A stretch of DNA of 33,639 bases from Craspedostauros australis. Taxonomy: Eukaryota. A program made the position numbers and the translations under genes. The notes beneath the pieces were generated by a model. That model did not search any database. It was not told the DNA's origin and saw only the letters and a list, made by a program, of their open reading frames with translations. The stretch lies in contig JALAGF010005973.1 of the NCBI GenBank assembly GCA_030167865.1, forward strand, positions 1 through 33,639, in the 5' to 3' direction. How positions within the stretch are numbered: the stretch's first letter is position 1; the number at the start of each line of letters is the position of its first letter. This document shows, in pieces, positions 1-9,822 of this stretch.

Positions 1-1
1 G

Positions 2-1351
2 AGCATCCATGTCAATGGGATCATGAAGCGCATGGGCCTGACATCCACCACGCACGCCCCGTGCCTTTACACTGGACTCATCCGCGGTGAGCGTGTCTTC
101 ATACTCCGGCAAGTCGATGACTTCGCAGTCGCCACATCACGACGGCACACCTACATCGCGTTCTGTGATTTGCTTGACGAGCAACTCAATCAACCTATCA
201 CTAGGCATGGACTCTTCTCCCACTACAATGGGCTTGACCTCACTCAGGGCCGATCACATGTGACAGTACACTGCACCACATACCTGAACAAGGTGCTCCA
301 AAAGCATGGATGGCAAGATCTTCGGTCGTCGCAACGACTCCCCATGCGCGCGGACAACGGGTACATTCGACAACTGGACAGTGCAGACGTCCCAGCTACT
401 GAAGGAGAGCGGCGACAACTACAGGCATCGTTCTTCAGTTATCGGCAGGCCATTGGTGAACTGATTTGGGCCATGGTTTCGTGCCGTCCGGACATATCGT
501 TCCCCNTGGTAAANCTCAGCCAGTTTTCCGTCAACCCGGCCAAGNTCCATTATGAGGCGGTCAAATACCTCTTCCGATACATTGCTGCCACCAGGGAGCT
601 TGGAATCACGTACTGGCGGCCGTCGCCCCTGCCTGATCTTCCAGACATACCTGTGCCGCTGCCCCTTTCACCACCTGAGGACATTTCGCACAACGTGGAC
701 GATCATGAGACAGTCCGATTTTCCACGGTCTATGGGTACGTGGACGCCGACTGGGGCTCCGATATTCGCCATCGGCGCTCGGTCACTGGCATCGTGTTCA
801 TGTTCGGCGGCGCTGCCGTCGCGTGGAAGACTCGTGTCCAGCCGACCGTGTCCCTCAGCAGCTCCGAAGCCGAGTTTGTCGCTGCCAGCGATGCTGGCCG
901 CATGGCTCTGTGGCTTCGTTCCATCCTCGATGAGATCGGGGTGTCGCAACAGCACGCCACTCTCATCTTCGAGGACAATCGAGGAGCACGCATGATGGCC
1001 AACGCAAGTCAGCCTACACGGAATTCGAGACATATTGATATCCGAACCTTCGCGGTCAGTGACTGGGTGGATCGGGATCTTATTCTTATCGAGGACGTCG
1101 CATCCGATCTCAACGCAGCGGATGCATGCACCAAACAGACGCCGTCGGTTCTCTTTTTCCGCCATACTGACTTGATAATGGGTCGCTTCCGCCCGTCTTT
1201 CGCTCAAGACCATGATGGGCGTCGCTCGGTCAGAGCAATTTTTCCCGCTGGAAATCTTCCAGCGTGGGGGGGTGTTGGCATACGTACGCAGGACAGACGT
1301 CCGCAGCCTCCGCCTCTGAAGAGTGACAACGGAGACAGTCTCCTCCCATAA
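2..1351 (+). CDS. pol: Copia polyprotein, partial (reverse transcriptase C-terminal half + RNase H); 5'-truncated by the window edge
   Basis: The frame is open from base 2. RT motifs: PCLY..LRQVDDF, YRQAIGELIW..CRPDI. RNase H motifs: GYVDADW..RRSVTG..SSSEAEF..EDN..RHIDIR..NAADACTK. Confidence 0.93.
   Translation, partial: SIHVNGIMKRMGLTSTTHAPCLYTGLIRGERVFILRQVDDFAVATSRRHTYIAFCDLLDEQLNQPITRHGLFSHYNGLDLTQGRSHVTVHCTTYLNKVLQKHGWQDLRSSQRLPMRADNGYIRQLDSADVPATEGERRQLQASFFSYRQAIGELIWAMVSCRPDISFPXVXLSQFSVNPAKXHYEAVKYLFRYIAATRELGITYWRPSPLPDLPDIPVPLPLSPPEDISHNVDDHETVRFSTVYGYVDADWGSDIRHRRSVTGIVFMFGGAAVAWKTRVQPTVSLSSSEAEFVAASDAGRMALWLRSILDEIGVSQQHATLIFEDNRGARMMANASQPTRNSRHIDIRTFAVSDWVDRDLILIEDVASDLNAADACTKQTPSVLFFRHTDLIMGRFRPSFAQDHDGRRSVRAIFPAGNLPAWGGVGIRTQDRRPQPPPLKSDNGDSLLP
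1266..1272 (+). other. Polypurine tract (PPT) of the copia element
   Basis: GGGGGGG lies immediately 5' of TG at the LTR start, downstream of the RNase H domain. Confidence 0.75.
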
Positions 1352-1462
1352 ATCCATCATTAGCACACACACACACACACATCCTCCCGTACAGATACTG
1401 ACAGGATCATCGTAGAGCACAGCTACGATCCAGTCCCGGAGTAGTGCCGAGATTAGTTGACA
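1273..1462 (+). repeat. Putative 3' LTR (~190 bp), TGT...ACA termini
   Basis: Starts TGTTGG right after the PPT and contains a TATA-like CATAAAT (~1347-1353) and (CA)9 at 1364-1381). The right end at TTGACA (1457-1462) is inferred and cannot be verified without the 5' LTR. Confidence 0.6.
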
Positions 1463-3019
1463 TGGTGCTGGACGCGTTTGAGAAAAGAATGAAGCATTGA
1501 AGGAAGAATTGCATCCGAGACAATCGATTTGACGCAACCACAGCCTGTGGCACCAAAACAGGGGCCTTCGTGCTAGATTGTGGTGGCGCAGGAGATGGCA
1601 GCGACAGTGTTTCACGATGCTAAATCTTGGGCAGATCTCAATGACTTCGCCAACACCAACGCAACATTCATCCGCCGCAAGACTCGATTGTTCTTTCCGT
1701 CCATTTGACGGCGGATTCAAATTGTGCGATGGCATTCATTTCTGCCAGGCCATGGTCGATGCAAGGACTATGACGTCTGCATTAGTATCCATTGCTTTCG
1801 ACCTGAAAAATTGATGGCAGTATTGGTACAGTCAGGAGAGTTCCGCGGTATTGTCATGTGTGGCGGGTATTGGATGGCGGCATTGTTGTGCTGTGCGGGT
1901 ACCAGTGTCAAAAGCCTCTCGCCGCACATTGATGCGACGTGGAAGCGGACACGAACAGACAAAAACCCAGTGAAAAGGATGCGTTGGCCTCACATGGTTT
2001 CCTCATTTCGTGGATGTCATCAATCTCCATCTGGTTCCGCCACAACGGAGTCGTACGAGCTACTCTAGTACTGTATGTATGTGGAGTATTATGCATCCTT
2101 GCCGAGGCAATTTTGGAGCCAAACCGAGATGGCGCCAGTTTGGTGGTTTTGCCTTTTGTGCGACAAGCCGTGACGCTAGTCTCGGTGCACAGGGTTGGAT
2201 GCTATCGTATCGCAATGTGTCGCACGGTAATTCATGTCACGTCAGGCTATTGCATTCTGTTGATTTGGACAGTTGCGATCTATTGCGTCTGTCTGGAACC
2301 ATTTCATCCCGACACCAGCTGCTTCCGATCTTCGCGATGGTTGTGATGCACCCCCAAAAGCTCCCTGGAACGAGACAATCTTCCGAGAACGAGCACGACC
2401 ACGAATGTAGAGTGCAAAATGAGAAACGAAAGGGTGGGGATTGAGCGTGCTTAAGCTCCAGTGTCATCGTCCATCGGGGGAAACGTGAAATGAACACCTC
2501 CGTTTGGAATGCTTTCGGGGTAGAGCTAGAGCTGTATGCCATCGGGGTATGGAGGTGATAACGAGGTTGAAATGCGCAAAGCAGATGGTGGGAAGAGATG
2601 GATAGAGAACTGTGCATTCGACAAGTATGGTTGGTTTGAGCTGCGTCCGTAGCATCGCGTTCCTATCATGCTCGTACGCCATAATTTATCGTGTACTGCT
2701 ACACTAGGACATGTGGACAGTCTTGCATGCATGTTTCTATGGTCAATATGAATGTTCATGTTACTGTTGCCGTTACTGATTATGTCGTTGCTGTTGTTAC
2801 GGTCTCAATCGTACTTCATGCAGTGCATCTGCGTGCTTATTATGCATCCACGACGCACGATGGCCGTGCATTTGGTATGGTTGCGTAAGGAAACGCCGAT
2901 GGCTTCGTGCGGGAGCAATCCGCTGCTGTCCAGCTCTTGATCTGGTTCGATCAATGCAGGGATTAGGCTCGTACCATGCTGTTGGATGTGATTGAAGGGA
3001 TCCAAAGAGAAAGGACTCC

Positions 3020-3391
3020 TCATTGATTCAATGGTCGGAATGCCAACGGAAAATCGCTGACTGGAAGGTCGTCAGTGTCATCTTCTGCCAATATTTGGAG
3101 GGTGTCGTCCAGGATGGATTCCAGCAGTTGGAATGAATTGGCTGGTGCCGGAGCGCGGCTGCCGGTGTCGGAGACAGGCAGCAGCACCGCGTCTTGGAAA
3201 AGAGAGCTGCCCAGCGGATCCTGTGGATTCATATTTGGTCTGTAGCACGTGGATCTCTGTTGCCATGTGGGAGTGCGTGCTTGTTGTTGTTGTTGCTGAT
3301 GGTGCTGCGGCTGGTGTCTGCAAAGTGGGGTGCCATTCAGAGCGCAACCGAGGTTGCATGATGATGGGATGTTCTTCTGCGATGGACACAT
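3020..3391 (-). CDS. Small hypothetical protein (123 aa), Gln/His-rich, with an acidic amphipathic C-terminal helix
   Basis: The ATG has A at -3 and a long C/A-rich leader like the leaders of the real genes in this window. It encodes poly-Q and C-terminal LLESILDDTLQILAEDDTDD. No recognised domain. Confidence 0.55.
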   Translation of the reverse strand: MCPSQKNIPSSCNLGCALNGTPLCRHQPQHHQQQQQQARTPTWQQRSTCYRPNMNPQDPLGSSLFQDAVLLPVSDTGSRAPAPANSFQLLESILDDTLQILAEDDTDDLPVSDFPLAFRPLNQ

Positions 3392-4398
3392 GCTGTGATG
3401 GTTTCTTTGTGTTCTTGCTTGTGAGTTTGGTTTGGCTGTGGTTGCTGTGGTTTGTTCTGGTTTTTGATTTTATGAGAGAAGTGAACCGTGTTGGCAGATT
3501 GATTGATTGATTGATTGGTTCATTGGTTGGTTGTGTGGATCTGACTGACGCTTGATCCTCCATCCAGCCGGCGAGGTACTTTTGCGTGTGATGTGATCGA
3601 ATGTCTCGTACTCGTGCGTTGTTACAGTCAGAGGCTTGTGTCCAAAGAAACGCACAAGCGCGCAAACGAGAGAGTGCGCGAAAAGAATGGTGGAGGTGGT
3701 TTCGGAGAAGTACGGCGCAGTGATGCCTTTTGTTGAGATTTCTGCGGTTGGCGATTGACGGAGTTATTATGAGCGTGTTATGGACAGCGTTTGCTTAATT
3801 TGTTGCAACAACTCATAGCCCATTCCCGGGTTTTGACAAATTCCAAAGAAGCCCCCTGATTGGCAATGAGTCATGATCGGACAACAAGTCCATGTGGTGC
3901 ATGATGTTCACGAAGGAACACCAATGCGATCCCCAACGGCGCAGAATTAGTCGGTCTGATGTTGACATGTCATAGGAGAGAACATGAATAGGTACCGATT
4001 CGATGAGCGGAGAGCATAATTATTGGCTCTGCTCCACAAGCCCACAATCCAAATACGTACGATCTACTCCGGAATGTGAAAACGCACACAAAAATCCACA
4101 AAGTCCCAACATACAATCGCTTTGGTTGGAAGGTTTCGCCTCTACGGAATTGCTGTGACAAGAGATGAAGGTTAAACCTTTTCGGACGATCGCCATGGAG
4201 CTCATGGAACACATCCCCATGTTGGACGGAACTAATCTAAAGCGATCTTTCGTGCGCGTTTGTTGTGGGTGGGTTGGTAGTGGGGATGTCCATCTCCACT
4301 GCACTTCACCAACGTGAGTTTGCGATGTCGATTGTGGATCGAAAACGCGAACATCATTTGAACAACGATACATCATTCATGCCAGTGCAGAATGCAGA

Positions 4399-5825
4399 GT
4401 GTTGTTCTGGACGAGTGGGTGCGCCCGCGAAGATTTGGCACCACACAGAGTTCATTCAAGTGCTCTCTACAGCATAGTGTTTCGCCTGTGTAGGTTCAGG
4501 AGAAGTCGTGTCCATGTTCACATTCGGTTCCAACTCCAGACAAAGAGATCAGGCAAGGAACCTATTACATGAACTTCCCCCCAAAGGACAAGAGCCATCC
4601 ACGAAAGATTGAAGGTCGACATTCGACTCGGACCTTCAAAACCTTGCTGGCTGCTGAGGAGGACTTGTTTGGACACCTTAGATGAGCACCTGACGTGATC
4701 GCAACAGGCCGCTCTTGGTGTGCCGAAGCGGAGAGTGTCTGGAGCGTGTCAAACCTCAACCCCCCAAGATCACAAACGCGAAGGCGCGATTCATACCGCC
4801 TCGTACTGATGCATACGACGAGTTGCGGGTGGGCAGGTACCAACTCCTCGCAACGCCCAAGTAAGTATAGTAGCCCAACATAGTGGCTTGGCATAGTATG
4901 AATATGCCGACAAGTGCTCAAGAATACTCCTATCACACAGCGTAGGCACATTATCTGCCATCTTTCTTCGCTGCTCCAGCTCCTGTTGCAGGGGCTTTCC
5001 AGGCTCGGTGCTTGATGCGAAGAAGTGGAAGAAAATGCTCTTTGTTGCTGAGATTGCGCCTGTACGAGAACGTATGGATACCTATTCTCATACCACAGCG
5101 CATCCTCCCCTAGTTCCGTGTTCTGAGATCTCCGACCTCTGTGTGGAAGTTGTGAATTTATTGTGAGCCTCTTTGTTCGTGAGACGGCCTGCATCGCTCA
5201 GGTTCTCTCTCTCTCTCTCGCCGCATAGTTCCCGTAATAAGTCTACTCTATCCGTGTTCACCTTCCTCTCCTTCACGTGCACCCAAGCGATTCATCGAAG
5301 GTGGGATCGCAATCCAAGATATACTACTATACAAGCCATCAAAATCATTCTCGCTTCACAAGGCGTCGGTGATGTTCGGAATGCCATTTCATCGCGCACA
5401 TTCGGCCTTCTTGCTGCATCCATACAATCACATTCGGCAAAACCTTCAATGAGCCTACTCGTACAGTACGGAGAAAATGAGACTCTACCCCCTTGTGGAA
5501 TGGGCTTCGTGTGCTCTTCTCCTTCCCCTGGTTCATGTTCTAGCTCGTACCCTGACGTCGATCATCGCACGATTCCTACAACTCGTACGACTACTAATAC
5601 GTTCATGATGTCACTCGGGCCGCCATCACAAGTACACTCCGAAAGCTGAGTGAGGGCCTGGAATAGGGTACCGGCCTCTGCTCTTTTCTTTCGGGGAATC
5701 TGGTTCCTCTCTTGGGGGTGTTGAGGGTGGGTACAATTGCGATTGAGCCCAGCAAAGTCCATCAAAGTTCAGTAATAGGTGCTATGCCACACTGTAGCCT
5801 GTGGGCTCGTCCAGAAGAGTAACAT
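4399..5825 (+). ncRNA. Candidate long structured RNA or fold-back element of unknown identity
   Basis: Nested collinear inverted matches include 4405-4415/5806-5816 (11 bp), 4560-4576/5765-5780 (16 bp, 1 bulge), 4644-4650/5749-5755 and 4754-4769/5710-5726 (16 bp, 1 bulge). There are also many local hairpins, with G-T oppositions on the + strand. No known RNA family recognised. Confidence 0.35.
5204..5219. repeat. (TC)8 microsatellite
   Basis: Direct reading of the sequence. Confidence 0.9.
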
Positions 5826-6056
5826 ACGTACGTACTCGCAGGAGTAAGATCGTACCCAACAGGTACACGGAGGCATCGTGTTCATGCTGATGGTGTCAGA
5901 CGCGCACGTGCGCGTACACATCCGTCACCACCCAAATGGGTTGCGTCGGTGCCATTCATATTTTACATACGACTACGTACGACTACGTACTTCATGAGAA
6001 CTCGAAGGCATGAGAACAGAGTACTCCAGTCTGCTACACATGCTCTGCTCATTGCT

Positions 6057-8050
6057 CTATGCCTTCTTCGGCTTGGCTTTGGTTGGGTCAGTGTACTGTC
6101 TGTAGATGTCATCAATCTCCTCATGTACGTCATCGCCGAGCTTCGTATCGTAGGCCTTCAAGTTCTCCTCCAGCTGATCGAGTCTGGTGGCACCAATAAT
6201 GGTCGAGGCAACGCGTTCGCTGTGGTAGCACCAGGAGAGAGCCAATTCCGATGGGCTCATTCCGTTCGCCTCAGCGAGCGAGCAGTACGCGTTGACAGCG
6301 GCCTCGTTCTGGCTGCCGAGGTAGCGCTCCATGTAACCAGGAAACATGCTGAGACGGGCGCCTTCGACGGGGCCCTGGCGGTACTTTCCGCTCAACGATC
6401 CACCGGCCAGCGGCGAGTAGGCCAGAAGACCGACGTTGTGGTGGTAGCACGCCTCGCAGAGACCTGCCTCAAAGTCCTTGCGGACGACCAAGGAGTAGCT
6501 GTTTTGGATCGAAACGATCTTGGGGTACAGATCTGGGTACGACTTCGCTAGTTGGGCCATGGCGCACACGCCGTACGGTGTCTCGTTGGAGACACCGAAG
6601 TATCGCACCTTGCCGGCCTTCGCCAATTCCTGACATGCGGCCAGCTGCGCCTCGAAGTCGACGAACTGCGCCTTCGCCAGTTCCTCCTCGCAGGCGGATG
6701 GCAAGAAATCAGGCTGGCCAAACCTGCCACCAGTGTATCGATCCGGCCAGTGGAGCTGGAGCAGATCGATGTAATCAATCCCCAGGCGTTCCAACGATCG
6801 GTCGACGGAGTACAGAATTTGTTCCTTGGTCAACGCGCTGGTCGTCTCTGGCTCTTCTCGTGGGAGCCAGTTGATAATGGAACGACCGGCGACCTTGGTG
6901 GCCACGACGACATCCTCGCGGTCGCGTCCCTCCAGGAACATGCGAACGGATTCGTCGGTGCGGCCCTGGGTGTCGGGTTTGGTTGGAACGGGGTAGATCT
7001 CGGCCGTGTCCAAGAAGTTGATGCCATACTCGTCAAATGCCCTGTTCAGCTGCTCGGCGCCTTCCTCCAATGTGTTTTGCTCGCCAAAGGTCATCGTTCC
7101 CATGCAGACCTGTCGTCGTTGTCGTTTCCCACGATGCATAATATAATACGAGTAGAGAAGAGTATGAGACAGGAGTATCGTCGCCACAGCATGACCACCA
7201 TCCATTGCAGCATTACCAATCGTGTTGCGAGGTAGGACGAAGAACGCAATGGGCAATGTGCGTCATCCATACGAAGATGCGCACGCGTGAGAAATCAAGG
7301 TGTGTTGTACGTATGGCATGGAAGGTGATTGGGTAAGATTTGGTGCGGTCCAGTTCGATTCGATCGGAGTTGATTGAACAGATGATGGCCTCCCCATCAG
7401 ATCTGGTTCCGTTCAATCGTTGCGCGTTTGTATCCTTCCGCTTTGTTGAAACGCTTCGTTCCCACCTTGTCTCGCACACGCTTCTCACCTTGGAAACCAC
7501 AAGATCCGAATCTCCCAGTTGAATGTAATCCATCCCGTTCTTCAACCCTGGCACGGCATGGTTGCCGATCGCTTGCTTCGCCTTGGCAGGGCTGGAGAGA
7601 GCATCCGATGTGCTGCGAAGCACGCAAGTGAGTTGGCAGTACGAGTATGCAAGTGGATGTTGTTATGGTACAACGTTGTTGCGCAGCATCATATGGTGTG
7701 GCGTGGCATGACACGTTTGTCGTGTTGCTTGTTCGTAAGTGCAATGTTGAGAGGATGTGGTGTATCATGCATATTGATATCGTTGATGTGGTGTGCTGCG
7801 ACCGTGATGTGATACGAGCACATGTGGTTGGATGGGATGATCGGATGTACGAGCTGTGTGGTGTCCACATGCTTGTCGGCCACATCCAACTCACAATCAT
7901 CAGAATGCAGCGCGTGCATCGAGACACAGTCATCGAAATGCAATGGGTGCTCGAAGGACAGCAGCACTGGCAAAGATGGAGATCGAAGCACGCTCACCTC
8001 AAAGTCTGCAATAGCAGGGCGACAATCGCAGTTGAACGGAACATGGTCAT
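6057..8050 (-). CDS. Aldo-keto reductase, Tas-like, with bipartite (probably plastid) presequence; exons 8050-7998, 7612-7489, 7109-6057 (409 aa)
   Basis: The spliced product is MTMFRSTAIVALLLQTLSTSDA-LSSPAK...LGDSDLVVSKVCMGTMTFGEQ. AKR catalytic motifs are DTAEIY, VATKV and QLHWPD, with GVSNET, SIQNSYSL, LAYSPLAGG and IIGAT. Both introns are GT-AG and phase-compatible. Confidence 0.92.
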
Positions 8051-8229
8051 TTGATGTTGCTGTTGAATTCGCTGTGCAGGTAAAGGTGTCAGCGATCTAT
8101 GGTACAGAGGCTCTCGGGATCAAGCACCTGGTGTTTTGGATCCTTTGTTTGTCCAACAGTTGTCAGCTTCCTTCCTTGTGCTGTCGATTCCATGGCTGGG
8201 TCCGTTGTGCATTGTGCGTTGCGACGTTG

Positions 8230-8375
8230 TGACGTTGCGATGTGATGGGTTTGGATCGGCAGATTTTGATGGTCGCTGAGCTGGTCAAAGATGTTCTCGA
8301 ATGAACACGATGATGGGAGATGACGTCATCGGGTCCGTTCTGTCACAGAATTCACATCACGAGATTGCATGACGT
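8230..8375. promoter_or_regulatory. Cluster of three TGACGT (bZIP/aureochrome-type) motifs upstream of the aldo-keto reductase
   Basis: TGACGT at 8230-8235, palindromic ATGACGTCAT at 8320-8329 and TGACGT at 8370-8375, 180-325 bp upstream of the ATG at 8050. Function is inferred only. Confidence 0.35.
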
Positions 8376-8766
8376 CTACGCTGACTAAAACTAGTCTGCC
8401 AATGTCTCTACTCTGCTGACATTTCGTGTGATACGAGTAGTAGTATTGTTTCCGTCCGCAGGAAGTACAATGCATGTGTAAGCATGATCGTAGGGGGATC
8501 CATGATTGTTGCGCTCTTGGCGACATATAATATTTATTATACGACTTACTCTACTTACGTACTTCTACATGCTGTACTATTGCATTATTTTTACATTTGG
8601 TCTGCCAGCAACAATGGTGTGGAAGTGATGACTTGGGCAATCGATCTGGGGTGCTCTTTTCGGTATGAGTTGTGAATGGCGTAACTTGCGCGCGCATGTG
8701 CACGCTTGAGTACGTTCGGGGCAATGATGTTGTGGTTGGCTCATGTCTACTCCACGTTGCCCCGTC

Positions 8767-9822
8767 TCAAGGCTTCGGAGAACAGTACCGCCGAGCGGGC
8801 TTCATCCACAGCCGGCGCGTCAGGATGTGGTGATCCAGGTATTTGTTGAGCACATCCATCAGCAGCACCTCCACATCGTACCCGAAGTAGCTGTGATCCA
8901 TGCCTTCCGCGAAGAACGAATCCGCCCGGAACTTGTCATTCACAGCATCTGTCAGCATCTGCGCGTGTTCCAACGAGATGACGGTGTCCATGTGACCATG
9001 GACGATGCAAACGGGACAACGAACCTCCCGTATTCGATCGACGTTGGCGAACTTGTCCCCAGGCATGGTGATACCAACGTCGACGACAACCCGGTACACG
9101 GAAGCAAAGGCAGAGTGGAGGATAAGCCCCCCGACAGGATGTCCCTCCCTCGATGTTCTGGCTGCCAGGTAGCATGATGGACCTGGAATTTGTATGGCCG
9201 GCGGAATGTGGTGTGAGCGGCATTGATCAGAAGTGATTTGCGGTGGAGTAGTTCATGTGAGTACAGGTGAGAATGAGTCGAGGATGGGAGTGTCGTCACA
9301 TCATGCACATCCATACACAGGGTATTCGCACTCTGAGGAAACATAGCGAACAGATGGAACCCCAACGGATCATGCCCATGCGACCACAGCAGTCTGAGCA
9401 ACATCCAAGAAAGCAAACAAGCATTGCTCACCTGATCCCAGAGATCTGCCGTACAGAACGATCTGCTCAGGGTTCAGCCCACGGACGTTGAGCAGATAGT
9501 CATACGCCGCATCGATGTCGCAATAGCACTTGGACTCGCTGGGATCTTCGGTGTTGGAACCGTAACCCGTATAGTCGTACCCCATCACGTTCACATCGAG
9601 GTCTTGCGACAACTTCCGCATCCACCAGTATGCCGAATTCAGATCCTCCGCATTGCCGTGCGAGAACAGGATGGTGACATTCGCATGCCTTCGACGGATG
9701 TACATGGTTGCGATTCTGCTGCCGCGCTTGTTCTGGATGTGCGTGATGCGGTGTTTGGCGTGGTATCCCTCCGTCTGGGGCGGCCGGAACAGGAAGTGAT
9801 TCACGATGGATGATGCCAGCAT
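8767..9822 (-). CDS. ABHD17: Alpha/beta hydrolase, ABHD17 (protein depalmitoylase)-like; exons 9822-9432 and 9182-8767 (268 aa)
   Basis: Motifs FxPP, TILFSHGNAEDL, YDYTGYG, nucleophile GRSLGSG|GP across a GT-AG intron, GGLILHSAFASVYRV, IVHGHMDTVI (Asp) and GMDH (His). Confidence 0.88.

Larger units (their letters stand above)
1..1462 (+). mobile_element. 3' portion of a Ty1/copia LTR retrotransposon (diatom CoDi-like): pol C-terminus, PPT and 3' LTR; 5' part lies outside the window
   Basis: Copia-type RT and RNase H motifs are followed by a G-tract (1266-1272) directly abutting TGTTGG (1273). A candidate LTR end ...TTGACA is at 1462. Three N bases (506, 514, 545) are consistent with a collapsed multicopy repeat. 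Confidence 0.93.

Noticed and set aside
668..1735. 355-aa minus-strand ORF and other ORFs overlapping copia pol
   Set aside because: Antisense shadow of pol running through the LTR; no recognisable motifs.
5714..5824. GGGGG-TGTTGAG...GTAACA resembling a PPT plus a 106-bp LTR
   Set aside because: No second direct copy, PBS or pol remnant was found upstream in the window. The same bases are better explained as the 3' strand of the long-range pairing. It remains an alternative if the segment proves multicopy.
4399..5825. Identity of the structured segment as telomerase RNA, U1/U2 snRNA, RNase P/MRP, SRP RNA, group II intron or hammerhead retrozyme
   Set aside because: No CCCTAA-type template, no ATACTTACCTG or GTGTAGTA, P4-like pieces are in the wrong order, and there is no domain V. 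CTGAGGA (~4654) lacks a properly placed stem II plus GAAA.
7110..7256. N-terminal part of the 399-aa track ORF (MPIAFFVL...)
   Set aside because: Intronic read-through; the AKR N-terminus is supplied by upstream exons via canonical splice sites.
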